From Candidatus Latescibacterota bacterium (lineage in GTDB: Bacteria > Latescibacterota > UBA2968): a stretch of 45,979 nucleotides of DNA. Below, one piece after another: positions 20,189-29,471 of this stretch. The first letter of the stretch is position 1. Every line of letters begins with the position of its first letter. The DNA is taken from positions 1 through 45,979 of the forward strand of contig JAYODI010000043.1 of assembly GCA_038279365.1 (NCBI GenBank), written 5' to 3'. The notes beneath the pieces were generated by a model, which saw only the letters and a program-made list of their open reading frames with translations, was not told the DNA's origin and did not search any database. The position numbers and the translations under genes were made by a program.

Positions 20189-21355
20189 ATGGGTACTTCT
20201 ACATCTTATCGCGCACCCGCGTTTGCCGATTTTAATCCCGAGCATTCGGCACCTGGGGCCACGCCTGAGCGTTTGGCACATTTGGAAGAACAAGGTTTTG
20301 TGATCATTAATGATTTTGTGGATAGCGATTGGATTCCCATTTTGCGAGAGGCGGGTCGGCGCGTGACTGAGGCGTGCGCACCTGAACACGGATATAGCAA
20401 GCTCGATTTGTCAAAGGGATATATTCACCGTGCCAAAGCCGATGAGCCATGGGCGATTCGCGGTTTGATCCACCCAGCGTTTAAAGAGCCGAGTTTTGCC
20501 GAGTTTCACGGTTCTACAGAAATGTTAGACTTTGTGGCTTCTTGGTGTCATGGTTTACAACCCGAAGATTTGGTGATGAGTGGCATGCTTTTGTGGTGTA
20601 ACCCGCGCAAGAATGAGCACAGCCTCAGTTGGCACCGAGATGTGACGTGGTGGGGCACAGGAAAACCGTATTTGTCGCAAAAGGAAGTGCGAGGCGATGG
20701 GCCTGAGGCATATACGGAGGAACTTGAAAAGATTCGTTGGAAAGAGATTCAGGAAAAGAATGAAAAGTCTGTGCGTGAACGCAATGGGGTCAGTATGTTT
20801 TTGGCTTTGGTAGATGATGAGTGTCATGAATTGATTCCTACGAGCCACAACCGATGGCGCACACCCTATGAGCACGATGTATTGCTTCCCAAGAAGATGA
20901 AAGAGCAAGGGGTGCCTCATACACCCAGTTGGAATGGCACAGATCCTTTGCCCAACCAAGTGGCGGTTCGCCTTCGGGCCGGCGAAGCATTGATCCGTTT
21001 GGGTTCTAATATTCATACTGGGCACACCGTACCTGAACGAGAACGCAACACACTGTCTATTGGTTGGTCTAAGTGGTCGGGGCCCCCTACGGAAGAAATT
21101 GAAGTGACGGATGCTCGAAGTGCGTGGCAACTCGATCCCGCTGTGCGAGATGCACTGCCACATGAGTGGATGAAAGTGGCTTGGGATCGGTGGGCAGAAA
21201 CTCAAAAGTTAGGAGATACCCTCGAAGATCGGTATGCACCGTTTGATATCAAGCGTATTAAAGCGGGAGAAGTATTGGGGTGGCGTACTGAGTTGGAGCG
21301 CCAAGCCGCCGCTGCGGGTGAAGCGTGGCAACCTTTTCAAAAGGTAGAACAGTGA
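20189..21355 (+). CDS. Phytanoyl-CoA dioxygenase-like Fe(II)/2OG oxygenase
   Basis: EQGFVII, WHRD (HxD), IPTSH, LRAGEALI, IHTG and R-x-T-L motifs; GGAG RBS before 20189. Confidence 0.7.
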   Translation: MGTSTSYRAPAFADFNPEHSAPGATPERLAHLEEQGFVIINDFVDSDWIPILREAGRRVTEACAPEHGYSKLDLSKGYIHRAKADEPWAIRGLIHPAFKEPSFAEFHGSTEMLDFVASWCHGLQPEDLVMSGMLLWCNPRKNEHSLSWHRDVTWWGTGKPYLSQKEVRGDGPEAYTEELEKIRWKEIQEKNEKSVRERNGVSMFLALVDDECHELIPTSHNRWRTPYEHDVLLPKKMKEQGVPHTPSWNGTDPLPNQVAVRLRAGEALIRLGSNIHTGHTVPERERNTLSIGWSKWSGPPTEEIEVTDARSAWQLDPAVRDALPHEWMKVAWDRWAETQKLGDTLEDRYAPFDIKRIKAGEVLGWRTELERQAAAAGEAWQPFQKVEQ

Positions 21356-21393
21356 TTTAAAAGATTTTTAGAAAAGCAGATGGTATAAAATAG

Positions 21394-21440
21394 AAAAGGG
21401 TGGTTGATCGCCAAATCTGATCAACCACCCTTTATTTTTT
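21394..21440. terminator. Bidirectional intrinsic terminator
   Basis: AAAAGGGTGGTTGATC...GATCAACCACCCTTT followed by a T-run, between convergent genes. Confidence 0.85.
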
Positions 21441-21499
21441 AGTCCACAAGCAGGTCGAAAGCGCTGTATTGGGGATGTGTGATATCTTTTCTACACATG

Positions 21500-23434
21500 C
21501 TATATGATGTCACGTTCTTTGAGCAGTTTGACGATTTTGTCAACACACTCAGAGACTCCAATTTCGTGCGTGGGCAAGACCAAGTCGGCATGCTCTGGCA
21601 CATCGTAAGGCGCAGAAACACCGGGGAAGTTGAGCATTTCACCCGTGTCGGCTTTGGCGTAGTGACCGCGGGTATCTCGCTCTCGACAGACCTCCACGGG
21701 GGCCGCTGCGTGTACGACGACAAAGCGGTCGCGCCCGATGACCTCGGCCGCTTTTTGGCGCACCTCTTCATTGGGGGCAACAAAGGCGGCTATGCATATG
21801 AGCCCGGCGTCGTTGAACAGTTTTGCAACTTCGGCACTGCGCCGCAGGTTTTCGGAACGCTCATTGGCACCAAAGCCAAGATCTCGACTGATCCCCAATC
21901 GCATATTTTGTCCATCGAGTACCATACAGGCGCGACCTTGCTCAAAGAGGCGTCTCTCTAAGGCGTAAGCGATGCTCGTTTTTCCCGAACCCGTCAAACC
22001 TGTCAGGAGAATCGTTGCTGGTTTTTGCCCAAATCGAGCCAGACGTTCTTCCTCGGTTACATGACTGATTTCACCGTGTAGTGTTTTGCTTTGTGGTTCC
22101 GAATCCCAATGATCGGTGCGACCATTGCCACCGCTTCCGGTTTGGATCATGCCAGCGGCGACCGTGACATTTGTTAGGCGGTCAATGATGATGAACGCAC
22201 CCGTTGCTCTGTTGTTGCGATAATCGTCGAAACTGATCGGCTGGCTCAGGTTCAATGTGCAGCGACCAATCTCATTGAGACTGAGGGTTGGGGCATCTTT
22301 GCGGTGTAGTGTGTTCACATCGACCTGGTAGCGCAAGGTGTTGACCGTGCCTGTGACCATGCTGGTGCCTTGCTTGATCCAATAGGTCTTTCCCGGAACC
22401 ATCGGGTCTTCCGACATCCACACGATCATGGCTTCGATCTGGTCGGCAACGCGGGGCAAGTTTCCCGGTCTTACGATCATGTCGCCTCGACTGATGTCTA
22501 TTTCGTCTTCCAGAGTGAGTGTAATCGCCTGCGGCACAAACGCTTCTTCTTGGTCTCCATCAAAGGTGACTATCGATTTGACGGTACTGGTTTTTCGCGA
22601 AGGCAGTACCATGATCTCTTCGCCTTGGCGGATGGTGCCAGAGGCGATGGTGCCGCAGAAACCACGAAAGTCGAGGTTGGGGCGGTTGACATACTGAACC
22701 GGCATGCGAAAGTCTTTCAAGTTTCTGTCGGATCCGATGTAGACGTCTTCTAAGAATCCCATCAGTGTCGGACCGTCGTACCAAGGCATGTTTGCGCTGC
22801 GGTCAACCACATTGTCCCCCAGGAGGGCTGAGATTGGGATAAAATGCATGTCGCCTATATCGAGACGTGTGGAGAAGTCTTTGTAGTCGGATTTGATTTG
22901 TTCAAAGACCTCCTCGCTGAAATCTTTCAAGTCCATCTTGTTGACTGCAACCAGTATATGCTTGATACCCAGCAGCGACGTGATGAAACTGTGCCGTTTG
23001 GTCTGTGTGAGTACGCCATGGCGGGCATCAATTAAGATGATTGCCAAGTCTGCGGTCGAAGCGCCAGTTGCCATGTTTCGCGTGTACTGTTCGTGACCGG
23101 GGGTGTCGGCGATAATGAATTTGCGTTTGGCTGTGGAAAAGTATCGGTAGGCCACATCGATTGTGATGCCCTGCTCTCTTTCGGCGCGCAATCCGTCTGT
23201 CAATAAAGCCGGATCAAAACTGCCCCCCGTTGTGCCATGCGTTTGCGATTCCACTTCGAGTTTTTTGAGTTGATCCTCGTAGATCATCTTGGAGTCGTAA
23301 AGCAAGCGTCCGATGAGTGTGCTCTTGCCATCGTCAACGCTGCCACACGTGATGAATCGCATGAGCTCTTTGTGCTCGTGCTGAGTCAGATAGGCGTTGA
23401 TATCTTTGGCAATGAGATCTGATTGGTGTGACAT
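21500..23434 (-). CDS. cysNC: Bifunctional sulfate adenylyltransferase subunit 1 / APS kinase (CysN-CysC fusion)
   Basis: [26 protein letters not shown]-terminal [14 protein letters not shown] and GVSAPYDVP kinase domain. Confidence 0.96.
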   Translation of the reverse strand: MSHQSDLIAKDINAYLTQHEHKELMRFITCGSVDDGKSTLIGRLLYDSKMIYEDQLKKLEVESQTHGTTGGSFDPALLTDGLRAEREQGITIDVAYRYFSTAKRKFIIADTPGHEQYTRNMATGASTADLAIILIDARHGVLTQTKRHSFITSLLGIKHILVAVNKMDLKDFSEEVFEQIKSDYKDFSTRLDIGDMHFIPISALLGDNVVDRSANMPWYDGPTLMGFLEDVYIGSDRNLKDFRMPVQYVNRPNLDFRGFCGTIASGTIRQGEEIMVLPSRKTSTVKSIVTFDGDQEEAFVPQAITLTLEDEIDISRGDMIVRPGNLPRVADQIEAMIVWMSEDPMVPGKTYWIKQGTSMVTGTVNTLRYQVDVNTLHRKDAPTLSLNEIGRCTLNLSQPISFDDYRNNRATGAFIIIDRLTNVTVAAGMIQTGSGGNGRTDHWDSEPQSKTLHGEISHVTEEERLARFGQKPATILLTGLTGSGKTSIAYALERRLFEQGRACMVLDGQNMRLGISRDLGFGANERSENLRRSAEVAKLFNDAGLICIAAFVAPNEEVRQKAAEVIGRDRFVVVHAAAPVEVCRERDTRGHYAKADTGEMLNFPGVSAPYDVPEHADLVLPTHEIGVSECVDKIVKLLKERDII

Positions 23435-23484
23435 AATGAGCTCGTTTTTTTTAAAAGTTTGCGTACCAATTTGTTGTTGAACGA

Positions 23485-24396
23485 TTAGAAGTAGCCGCGT
23501 TGTTTCTTGGCTTCCATTCCTGCGCCACCTTCGTCTTGGTCGATTACGCGGCCTTGTCGTTCAGATGTTTTTGTTAATAGCATTTCTTGAATGATGTCTG
23601 GCAGTGTGGTTGCTTCCGATTCAACCGCTCCGGTTAAGGGATAACAACCGAGTGTTCGGAAGCGGACCATTTTCATCTGTGGTTCTTCGCCGGGTTCCAA
23701 TTCCAAACGCTCATCGTCAACCATGATGAGTACGCCGTTGCGATTTACGACTGGGCGTTTTGCGGAGAAATACAATGGAACGATGGGAATTTGTTCTAAG
23801 TGAATGTATTGCCACACGTCTAATTCCGTCCAATTCGAGAGCGGAAAGACCCGAATGCTCTCTCCTTTGTTCACTTTGGCATTGTAAAGGTTCCACAACT
23901 CAGGGCGTTGGTTCTTGGGGTCCCAGCGATGATTTTTATCACGAAACGAGTAGACGCGTTCTTTTGCACGGGATTTTTCTTCATCTCGCCGCGCGCCACC
24001 AAAGGCGGCATCGAACTTGTATTTATCCAGTGCTTGTTTCAGCGCATCGGTTTTCATGATCTCCGTATGCTTTTCACTGTCTTCCCAAGGTTTGATTCCC
24101 AGCTTACTGCCTTCTTCGTTGGTGTAGGTGATCACTTCCAAGCCGAGTTCTTTCTTGGCATAATTTTCTCGGAATTCAATCATTTCCCGAAACTTCCAGG
24201 TTGTATCCACATGCATGAGTGGAAACGGGGGCTTGGCCGGATAAAAAGCCTTTAGCGCAAGTTGAACCATGACTGAGGAATCCTTGCCAATCGAATAAAG
24301 CATGACCGGATTGTGAAACTCGGCGGCCACTTCTCGAATGATATGAATGCTCTCTGCTTCAAGCTGTTTCAGATGGGTAAGGTTGTAGGTGGACAT
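23485..24396 (-). CDS. cysD: Sulfate adenylyltransferase subunit 2
   Basis: [46 protein letters not shown]. Confidence 0.97.
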   Translation of the reverse strand: MSTYNLTHLKQLEAESIHIIREVAAEFHNPVMLYSIGKDSSVMVQLALKAFYPAKPPFPLMHVDTTWKFREMIEFRENYAKKELGLEVITYTNEEGSKLGIKPWEDSEKHTEIMKTDALKQALDKYKFDAAFGGARRDEEKSRAKERVYSFRDKNHRWDPKNQRPELWNLYNAKVNKGESIRVFPLSNWTELDVWQYIHLEQIPIVPLYFSAKRPVVNRNGVLIMVDDERLELEPGEEPQMKMVRFRTLGCYPLTGAVESEATTLPDIIQEMLLTKTSERQGRVIDQDEGGAGMEAKKQRGYF

Positions 24397-24805
24397 CGAC
24401 CTGCCTATGTGTGGTTAAGGTTCTTGTATGGCGAAAGAAAGGCAAAGAGGATAAATATAATTAATTAATCCTATCCAGCCAGCGTTTTTATGTGATTGAA
24501 GGCCTTGCTTGCGGGGAAAGTGGCTAATTGTTGCGGTATGAGTTGGTATGAGACACAATCGGGAGAGTGGCAGGGAGGCACCATTCAGTTTTTTATTCAG
24601 CCTCAAAAATCTATACGCCCAAATTTTTTTATGACCAGCCTTTTTCAATGTTATACTGCTCTGCACACCATTGCCTGAGATTAAAGTAACTTGATGTAGG
24701 GATTATCGTCAAGTGGCAGCTTGAGATAAAATATCATTTCGGAAGAAGTTCCTTTTGCTTGTGTACACAGTTTTTAGAGGTAGGGTTTGTTTTCGCGCTG
24801 CTTGC

Positions 24806-24947
24806 CGATAACATCTGTCATGGCAGAGAGTGGTCGCACTTCAAAAAAGAGATCAAGATGTTATCCGTCAGCCAATGATTGGGTTGCGGCCATTTGGGTT
24901 GGGTGGTTGTGGGGAGGGGAGGTGTCAAGACGGCCGGCATGGCATTC
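24806..24947 (-). repeat. Degenerate attC-like site 4
   Basis: Core GTTATCG (24812-24806) preceded by CTGCCAT-7 nt. Inner IR tggtcgca/tgcggcca. Shares gcgctgcttgccgataac with the 28140-28157 copy. The inverse core has decayed (ggcattc at 24941-24947 where gttattc is expected). Confidence 0.5.
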
Positions 24948-25138
24948 TGTGTGTTCCAATCGATACACTTGTTGGAAAAATTCACTATAAATTCGTGGTG
25001 GGATGTATTCGAAATATCTTTTGGAAGCAGTCGTTAACCAGCATTGTGTTTTGCTATGGGCAAGTGGCATATCGTTTGCACGGGTCCCACAGAAATGGAG
25101 ATCGTTATGACGACAGAAAACGGAAAATGAGGTCTACT

Positions 25139-25555
25139 ATGGCATCTGTATTCAATATGTTGTTCATCGTCACTGGGGCATTTATACTCTTGGGGTGTGG
25201 TGAGATTCCAAATGATTCAGATGCCAAGCATATGGAAACTGACGAGGTGGTCTTTGCCGACATTCTAATCATCGGTCAAGATGAGAAAAGAGGAATGGTG
25301 TTTTGGGGAATGATGGTGAATACTGGTACACAATATGCCAGAGATGTCAGCTACGTTCTTGATTTTGAGATGACGGGTGGTCGTCTCTTCGAAGGCACAT
25401 GGAGTGATCCCATCCATGTGCCACCCTCTGTGCCCATCAGGATCGTCGGTAACGAGAGAATTGAGAGCGCATTTCTCGCTCGTATTGTATGGAAAACACG
25501 ATGGTATTCATTGGATGGAAAGTTTCATGAAGCCAGTGGGCAAATCACTTTTTGA
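25139..25555 (+). CDS. Hypothetical lipoprotein (cassette 4 cargo)
   Basis: MASVFNMLFIVTGAFILLG-C lipobox; GAGG 6 nt upstream of ATG 25139 (alternative start 25127). Confidence 0.6.
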   Translation: MASVFNMLFIVTGAFILLGCGEIPNDSDAKHMETDEVVFADILIIGQDEKRGMVFWGMMVNTGTQYARDVSYVLDFEMTGGRLFEGTWSDPIHVPPSVPIRIVGNERIESAFLARIVWKTRWYSLDGKFHEASGQITF

Positions 25556-25598
25556 CCGAATGTCCTGAGATATTATAGAGTTGATATTCCGAAAGCGA

Positions 25599-26054
25599 TC
25601 ACACCTGCTCTACAAGTTCTATATCTCGCTTAGAAACATATTCTTTGAATTTTGTTGTAAGTTCCTGGTTGATAGAAATTGTTCTAAAAAGTATTTTGAT
25701 CGGATCAACATTTTGGGATTTAAGAATTATTTCTACCGCGCTTGATGTAAGGCGAATACATGCAATATCTTGCCATGAAATGTTCTGTGCCAACTGAGAT
25801 CTCTTTGTTTTATATTCCAAACCGTTCTCAGAGAAAACTACTCTAAGTCTTCCATGGTTTTTAATATATAAAATTTCATAAATGGCTTTTATGGATACAA
25901 GGATACAGATTGGTATGGTTACCTCAAGAAACCAAGGCACCTTAGCTAAGTCGTAGTGTAAAATACCCAAGGCAACATTAAACAGAACCATAAATGGAAA
26001 ACCCACTCTGGACAAAATTGTATCATTGCCCAGATGTATAACGTCAGTATTCAA
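25599..26054 (-). CDS. Hypothetical membrane protein, two TM helices plus PH-like soluble domain (cassette 4 cargo)
   Basis: AT-rich 151-aa ORF with two hydrophobic segments; FSENGLEY...ISWQDIACI pattern. Confidence 0.6.
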   Translation of the reverse strand: MNTDVIHLGNDTILSRVGFPFMVLFNVALGILHYDLAKVPWFLEVTIPICILVSIKAIYEILYIKNHGRLRVVFSENGLEYKTKRSQLAQNISWQDIACIRLTSSAVEIILKSQNVDPIKILFRTISINQELTTKFKEYVSKRDIELVEQV

Positions 26055-26154
26055 TGATTGGTCATCCTTTTTTATCAGATTTCTCTGATTTGGGGTTGTG
26101 ATTTTTTGCTCGAATTTCAGGTGTTGGGTTGTTGGACATTTCTTATCTATTTTT

Positions 26155-26289
26155 GAATAACGTCTATTTTTGCAGACGGGTTGTGGTTCAGAAAAGTGAT
26201 AATGGTGTTTCTACAATCAGCTAAAGAATAAACTCACAACCTGTGGGATGTTGGGGTGTTGGGTGTGGCACTGCCATTGCTTGTTAGCC
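26155..26289 (-). repeat. attC-like site 3
   Basis: Minus strand GGCTAAC-aagca-ATGGCAG ... CTGCAAA-aatagac-GTTATTC; inner IR gggttgtg/cacaacct. Confidence 0.7.
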
Positions 26290-26453
26290 GAAGGCGCTTC
26301 GGGGTGGTTTGCCTCCATCAGTTTACATTCAGGGAGAAAATACAGCACACGCCATCTATATCTGTTTTTCTTTTGATTATTATCCTCTTGATCATATACC
26401 CCGAAATAGGTTATATTTCTCATATTGTTTGAGACCTCTAAAAAGGAAAATGT

Positions 26454-26687
26454 ATGGCTACTCTTCATATTGACCTAACAGATCAAGAAAATGATTCTCT
26501 TTTAACCATTGCACGTCATAAAGGCAAGAGCCAAGATGAATTGTTACATGATGCAATTCAAGACTTGATTTCTCAGTTTCAACAAGAAGATCGACAAGCT
26601 CTTCTTCAGAGTGCGCGTGGTATATGGAAGAATAGAACAGACTTACCTTCACCAGAAGAACTTCGGCGCGAATGGGACAGACTGTAA
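26454..26687 (+). CDS. CopG/RHH-type antitoxin (VapB-like)
   Basis: LHIDLTDQE...GKSQDELLHDAI RHH pattern; C-terminal ARGIWKNR...LRREW; 3 nt upstream of the PIN toxin. Confidence 0.8.
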   Translation: MATLHIDLTDQENDSLLTIARHKGKSQDELLHDAIQDLISQFQQEDRQALLQSARGIWKNRTDLPSPEELRREWDRL

Positions 26688-26690
26688 AAT

Positions 26691-27077
26691 ATGGCTATTC
26701 GACTGCTTTTTGATACAGATGTCATCATTGATTATTTGCGCGATCAAGCCGATGCAGTGCAATATCTTGAAAATCGACCAGAGACATTATTGATTTCTTC
26801 GATTGTCGTTGCTGAGCTTTATTCTGGTCTGCGTGATGAATCAGAGCGTGAAGCTTTAGAAACGTTTTTAAAGGCCTTCGAAATAGTGCCAGTTAATGAG
26901 GCAATCGCCATTAAGGGTGGCACTTATCGTCGAGATTATTACAAAAGTCATGGCACGGGTTTAGCAGATGCTTTGATTGCCGCGACGGCTGATATACGCC
27001 AAGCGAAATTGGTCACACTAAACAATAAACATTTTCCAATGTTGAAGGACATCATTACGCCTTATCAAAAGACGTAA
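26691..27077 (+). CDS. vapC: PIN-domain toxin (VapC family)
   Basis: LFDTDVIIDYLR, VVAELYSG, LADALIAATA, LVTLNNKHF. Confidence 0.92.
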   Translation: MAIRLLFDTDVIIDYLRDQADAVQYLENRPETLLISSIVVAELYSGLRDESEREALETFLKAFEIVPVNEAIAIKGGTYRRDYYKSHGTGLADALIAATADIRQAKLVTLNNKHFPMLKDIITPYQKT

Positions 27078-27106
27078 ACGATCACAAAGCACAAGTAAAG
27101 ATCCTC

Positions 27107-27138
27107 AACCCGCAATTGTTATTGAATTGCGGGTTTTT
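27107..27138 (+). terminator. Intrinsic terminator after vapC
   Basis: AACCCGCAATT...AATTGCGGGTT followed by a T-run. Confidence 0.8.
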
Positions 27139-27183
27139 GTTTTGTGTGCCGTGAGTTTTTCTGGGTGGTGTTGGGGCGCTTTT

Positions 27184-27320
27184 GGCTAACGGTTGCGGTG
27201 GCAGACGGGCTGTTGTTGCGAGAAAATGATAAACCGCTTTTTGATAATAAGCAAAGCATTTAGTCAACAGCCTGTATGTGGTTGGGCGTTGTGGTGTGGC
27301 ACTGCCAACGCGTGTTATCG
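27184..27320 (-). repeat. attC-like site 2
   Basis: Minus strand CGATAAC-acgcg-TTGGCAG ... CTGCCAC-cgcaacc-GTTAGCC; inner IR gggctgttg/caacagcct. Confidence 0.8.
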
Positions 27321-27411
27321 GTCTGGCAGCGCGCCCCAATAAGGCGAAGCTATAAAGGGGCACATCTATAGCGCACACCATCAACAATATTTTTTGTTAG
27401 TAGGTTAATTC

Positions 27412-27684
27412 TTAAACGGCGTCCAATACTGCTTGTGGATTTTTTGATACAACCATCAAAAGCGTTCTTGCCGCACCAGATGGGCTTCGACGACCCTGCT
27501 CCCAATCTTGTAGTGTCCGTACTGATACGCCTAAAAGTTCGGCAAATTGCATTTGAGAAAGACCCGCTTTTGCCCGAATTTGCGACACGTCGGGTACATT
27601 GATGATTCGTCCTTGTTCACCACGCTTGATTTCTTGTAACCCTTCAAGGATTTCTTGGCCAATATTTCTGTTTGTCTCATTCAT
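27412..27684 (-). CDS. higA: XRE-HTH antitoxin (HigA-type)
   Basis: IRAKAGLSQMQFAELLGVSVRTLQDWEQGRRSPSGAA; overlaps the toxin stop codon. Confidence 0.85.
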   Translation of the reverse strand: MNETNRNIGQEILEGLQEIKRGEQGRIINVPDVSQIRAKAGLSQMQFAELLGVSVRTLQDWEQGRRSPSGAARTLLMVVSKNPQAVLDAV

Positions 27685-27991
27685 TTTCTACCTCATTTCG
27701 GATTTGTCGCAGGATTTGGGGCGATATGTTTTCTGTCACGTTTTTAGGATACATTGTCAACATCCAAAACGTATACGAAGTAGCCTTCACAAAATAAATG
27801 ACACGATAGCCCCCGCGTTTCCCACGTCCTTTTGCTCGCCATCGAAGTTTACGAACGCCACCTGAACCTGGAATGACACTGCCAGATTCGGGGTTCTTCA
27901 AGAGAGCCTTTTGCAGTTCAGCATATTCCTGATCTGACAAGTATTCTTGTACAAGGCGAGTAAAGAGATTTGTTTCAATGAAAGTATGCAT
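27677..27991 (-). CDS. higB: RelE/HigB-2-type toxin
   Basis: FIETNLF, IPGSGGVRKLRW, GKRGGYRVIY, MYPKN; toxin-first gene order; ATG 27991 preferred. Confidence 0.88.
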   Translation of the reverse strand: MHTFIETNLFTRLVQEYLSDQEYAELQKALLKNPESGSVIPGSGGVRKLRWRAKGRGKRGGYRVIYFVKATSYTFWMLTMYPKNVTENISPQILRQIRNEVENE

Positions 27992-27997
27992 GTAATA

Positions 27998-28025
27998 ATT
28001 ATACGGCATTGCCGTATAAAAACAA
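27998..28025 (-). promoter_or_regulatory. higBA promoter with palindromic operator
   Basis: Perfect IR TTATACGGCA-t-TGCCGTATAA (27999-28019) overlaps a minus-strand TATAAT (28003-27998), 6 nt before ATG 27991; TTGTTT lies 16 nt upstream of the -10. Confidence 0.75.
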
Positions 28026-28150
28026 TGGAAATATTGGTAGACATTTGAGAAAAGTCAGAGATAGGGTTGAGAACGCTTGTTTGGCGAGATGTTTTGGGTT
28101 TTTGTGCGCAAACTTTGGGGTAGGGTGGTTGGGTTCTCTGCGCTGCTTGC

Positions 28151-28286
28151 CGATAACGGCTGCGGTTGCAGAAGTAGCCGCTTGTCATAAAAGAGATTAG
28201 GGCATTTCACAACCAGCCCAATAAATCAATAGCGGCGATTTGGGTTGGGATGTGGTTGTGTGTGGAACTGCAACCGCATGTTATAC
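28151..28286 (-). repeat. attC-like site 1
   Basis: Minus strand GTATAAC-atgcg-GTTGCAG ... CTGCAAC-cgcagcc-GTTATCG; perfect 11-bp stem TGCGGTTGCAG/CTGCAACCGCA; inner IR gccgct/agcggc. Confidence 0.8.
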
Positions 28287-28370
28287 GCCGGCAGACCCCT
28301 CGCGGCGAAGCCCTTAAAGGGAAATCCATAAAACGCGCGCCATCGTCTCCTGTTTTGATTCTATATTCTG

Positions 28371-29471
28371 TCAACACAGATCAGAGATAGGAAAATCGAT
28401 AATCGCTTTACTAACTCTTTCTAAGCCAGTGGCAAATAGCGTACGTGACCGTTTGCTGGGGAATTTCATTCTTCCACCTGCAGTCACAAGCCGAAACATA
28501 ATGGTGTCATATAAGGTTACTCGATAGCTGTGGTAACACTGTTCCAAGCTGTAGTTTTGCACACCTAACTTTTGTAATTCATCGCAATATCTCAGTAGCA
28601 GATCGGATTCTACTGCTCTGCGGTGTTCTGCGGTCAAGTTACCAATCATGAAGTAAGACAAATCATGGGGGCCTTGAACTTGGATGAGGTCTTGCCAATC
28701 AAAAACCACGAGTTGGTGATCATCTTCAGGATTGCCAAAGAAAAGATTATCTAAGCGGAAATCCCCATGACATAGAGTCAATGGTGAAATGAGTGCTTGT
28801 TTGCGGATTTGATCTCCATATTCGACGAATATCGGCCAAGTTTCTTCTATCGGCTTTGGTATTTGGCCTTCAAATTTCTCTGCAAAACGTTCCCAAGTTT
28901 TGTTCTGCTTACGCTGCCATTTTTCTTTGGCTTTGATATTGTCCAAAGGAGATAGGGTACGAACCCAATCCATTGATTCAATTTTCGGCTTGTCCCACCA
29001 GGTTGCGTGAAGTGATGCAAGGTAATCTGCTATATTTTCTAATTCTTGATTTGATGAGCATCCTGCAATACTATTCCCAATACGTCCTTTCTTGAGATCT
29101 TCAAGTAGGATTACACTATCTCCGTTTGTTTCGTCAAAGGCAGCATAATAACACTGTGGAATACGTATATTCGTTTTGTTGGCAATTTTGTTGTAAAAAT
29201 TGACCTCAGTTCTGTATAAATCAATAAGAATTTCGCGTTGGTTTTGTGGTAGAGATATCTTGGCAATAATAGATTTTGGTGCCTTTTCTCTATACGTTTG
29301 ATAGGTGAGTTCAAAACGAAAAACCTGTCCGACAAATCCTTGTCCGTCACCTATCCTTTCACCTTCAATAGCTGTAACGGAGGTGTTCTCAATAGTGCCA
29401 GACGTTCCTAGAACCTGAGTGAACCACTCGGGTGTAAAGTTTTCCAGATTTGTTGGGACGTGCACAGTCAT
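28371..29471 (-). CDS. APH/choline/ecdysteroid-kinase-like phosphotransferase (cassette 1 cargo)
   Basis: IGDGQGF, IIAK, EVNFY, LLEDL, LCHGDFRLDN, FDWQ, DLSYF. Confidence 0.88.
   Translation of the reverse strand: MTVHVPTNLENFTPEWFTQVLGTSGTIENTSVTAIEGERIGDGQGFVGQVFRFELTYQTYREKAPKSIIAKISLPQNQREILIDLYRTEVNFYNKIANKTNIRIPQCYYAAFDETNGDSVILLEDLKKGRIGNSIAGCSSNQELENIADYLASLHATWWDKPKIESMDWVRTLSPLDNIKAKEKWQRKQNKTWERFAEKFEGQIPKPIEETWPIFVEYGDQIRKQALISPLTLCHGDFRLDNLFFGNPEDDHQLVVFDWQDLIQVQGPHDLSYFMIGNLTAEHRRAVESDLLLRYCDELQKLGVQNYSLEQCYHSYRVTLYDTIMFRLVTAGGRMKFPSKRSRTLFATGLERVSKAIIDFPISDLC

Noticed and set aside
24696-24720. Possible further inverse core (gattatcgtcaagtggcagc)
   Set aside because: No GTT, L-box stem or partner arm; too weak to call.
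24830-25138. N-terminal extension of the 241-aa ORF
   Set aside because: It runs through attC-like site 4; the lipobox and RBS indicate a start at 25139 or 25127.
27082-28200. Small ORFs 27082-27387 (-), 27898-28188 (-) and 28009-28200 (+)
   Set aside because: They overlap attC-like sites, the operator or TA genes and have no protein-like features.
24806-28286. CRISPR array interpretation of the repeats
   Set aside because: Units are ~135-bp imperfect palindromes separated by ~1-kb gene-containing segments; there are no short direct repeats with spacers and no cas genes.
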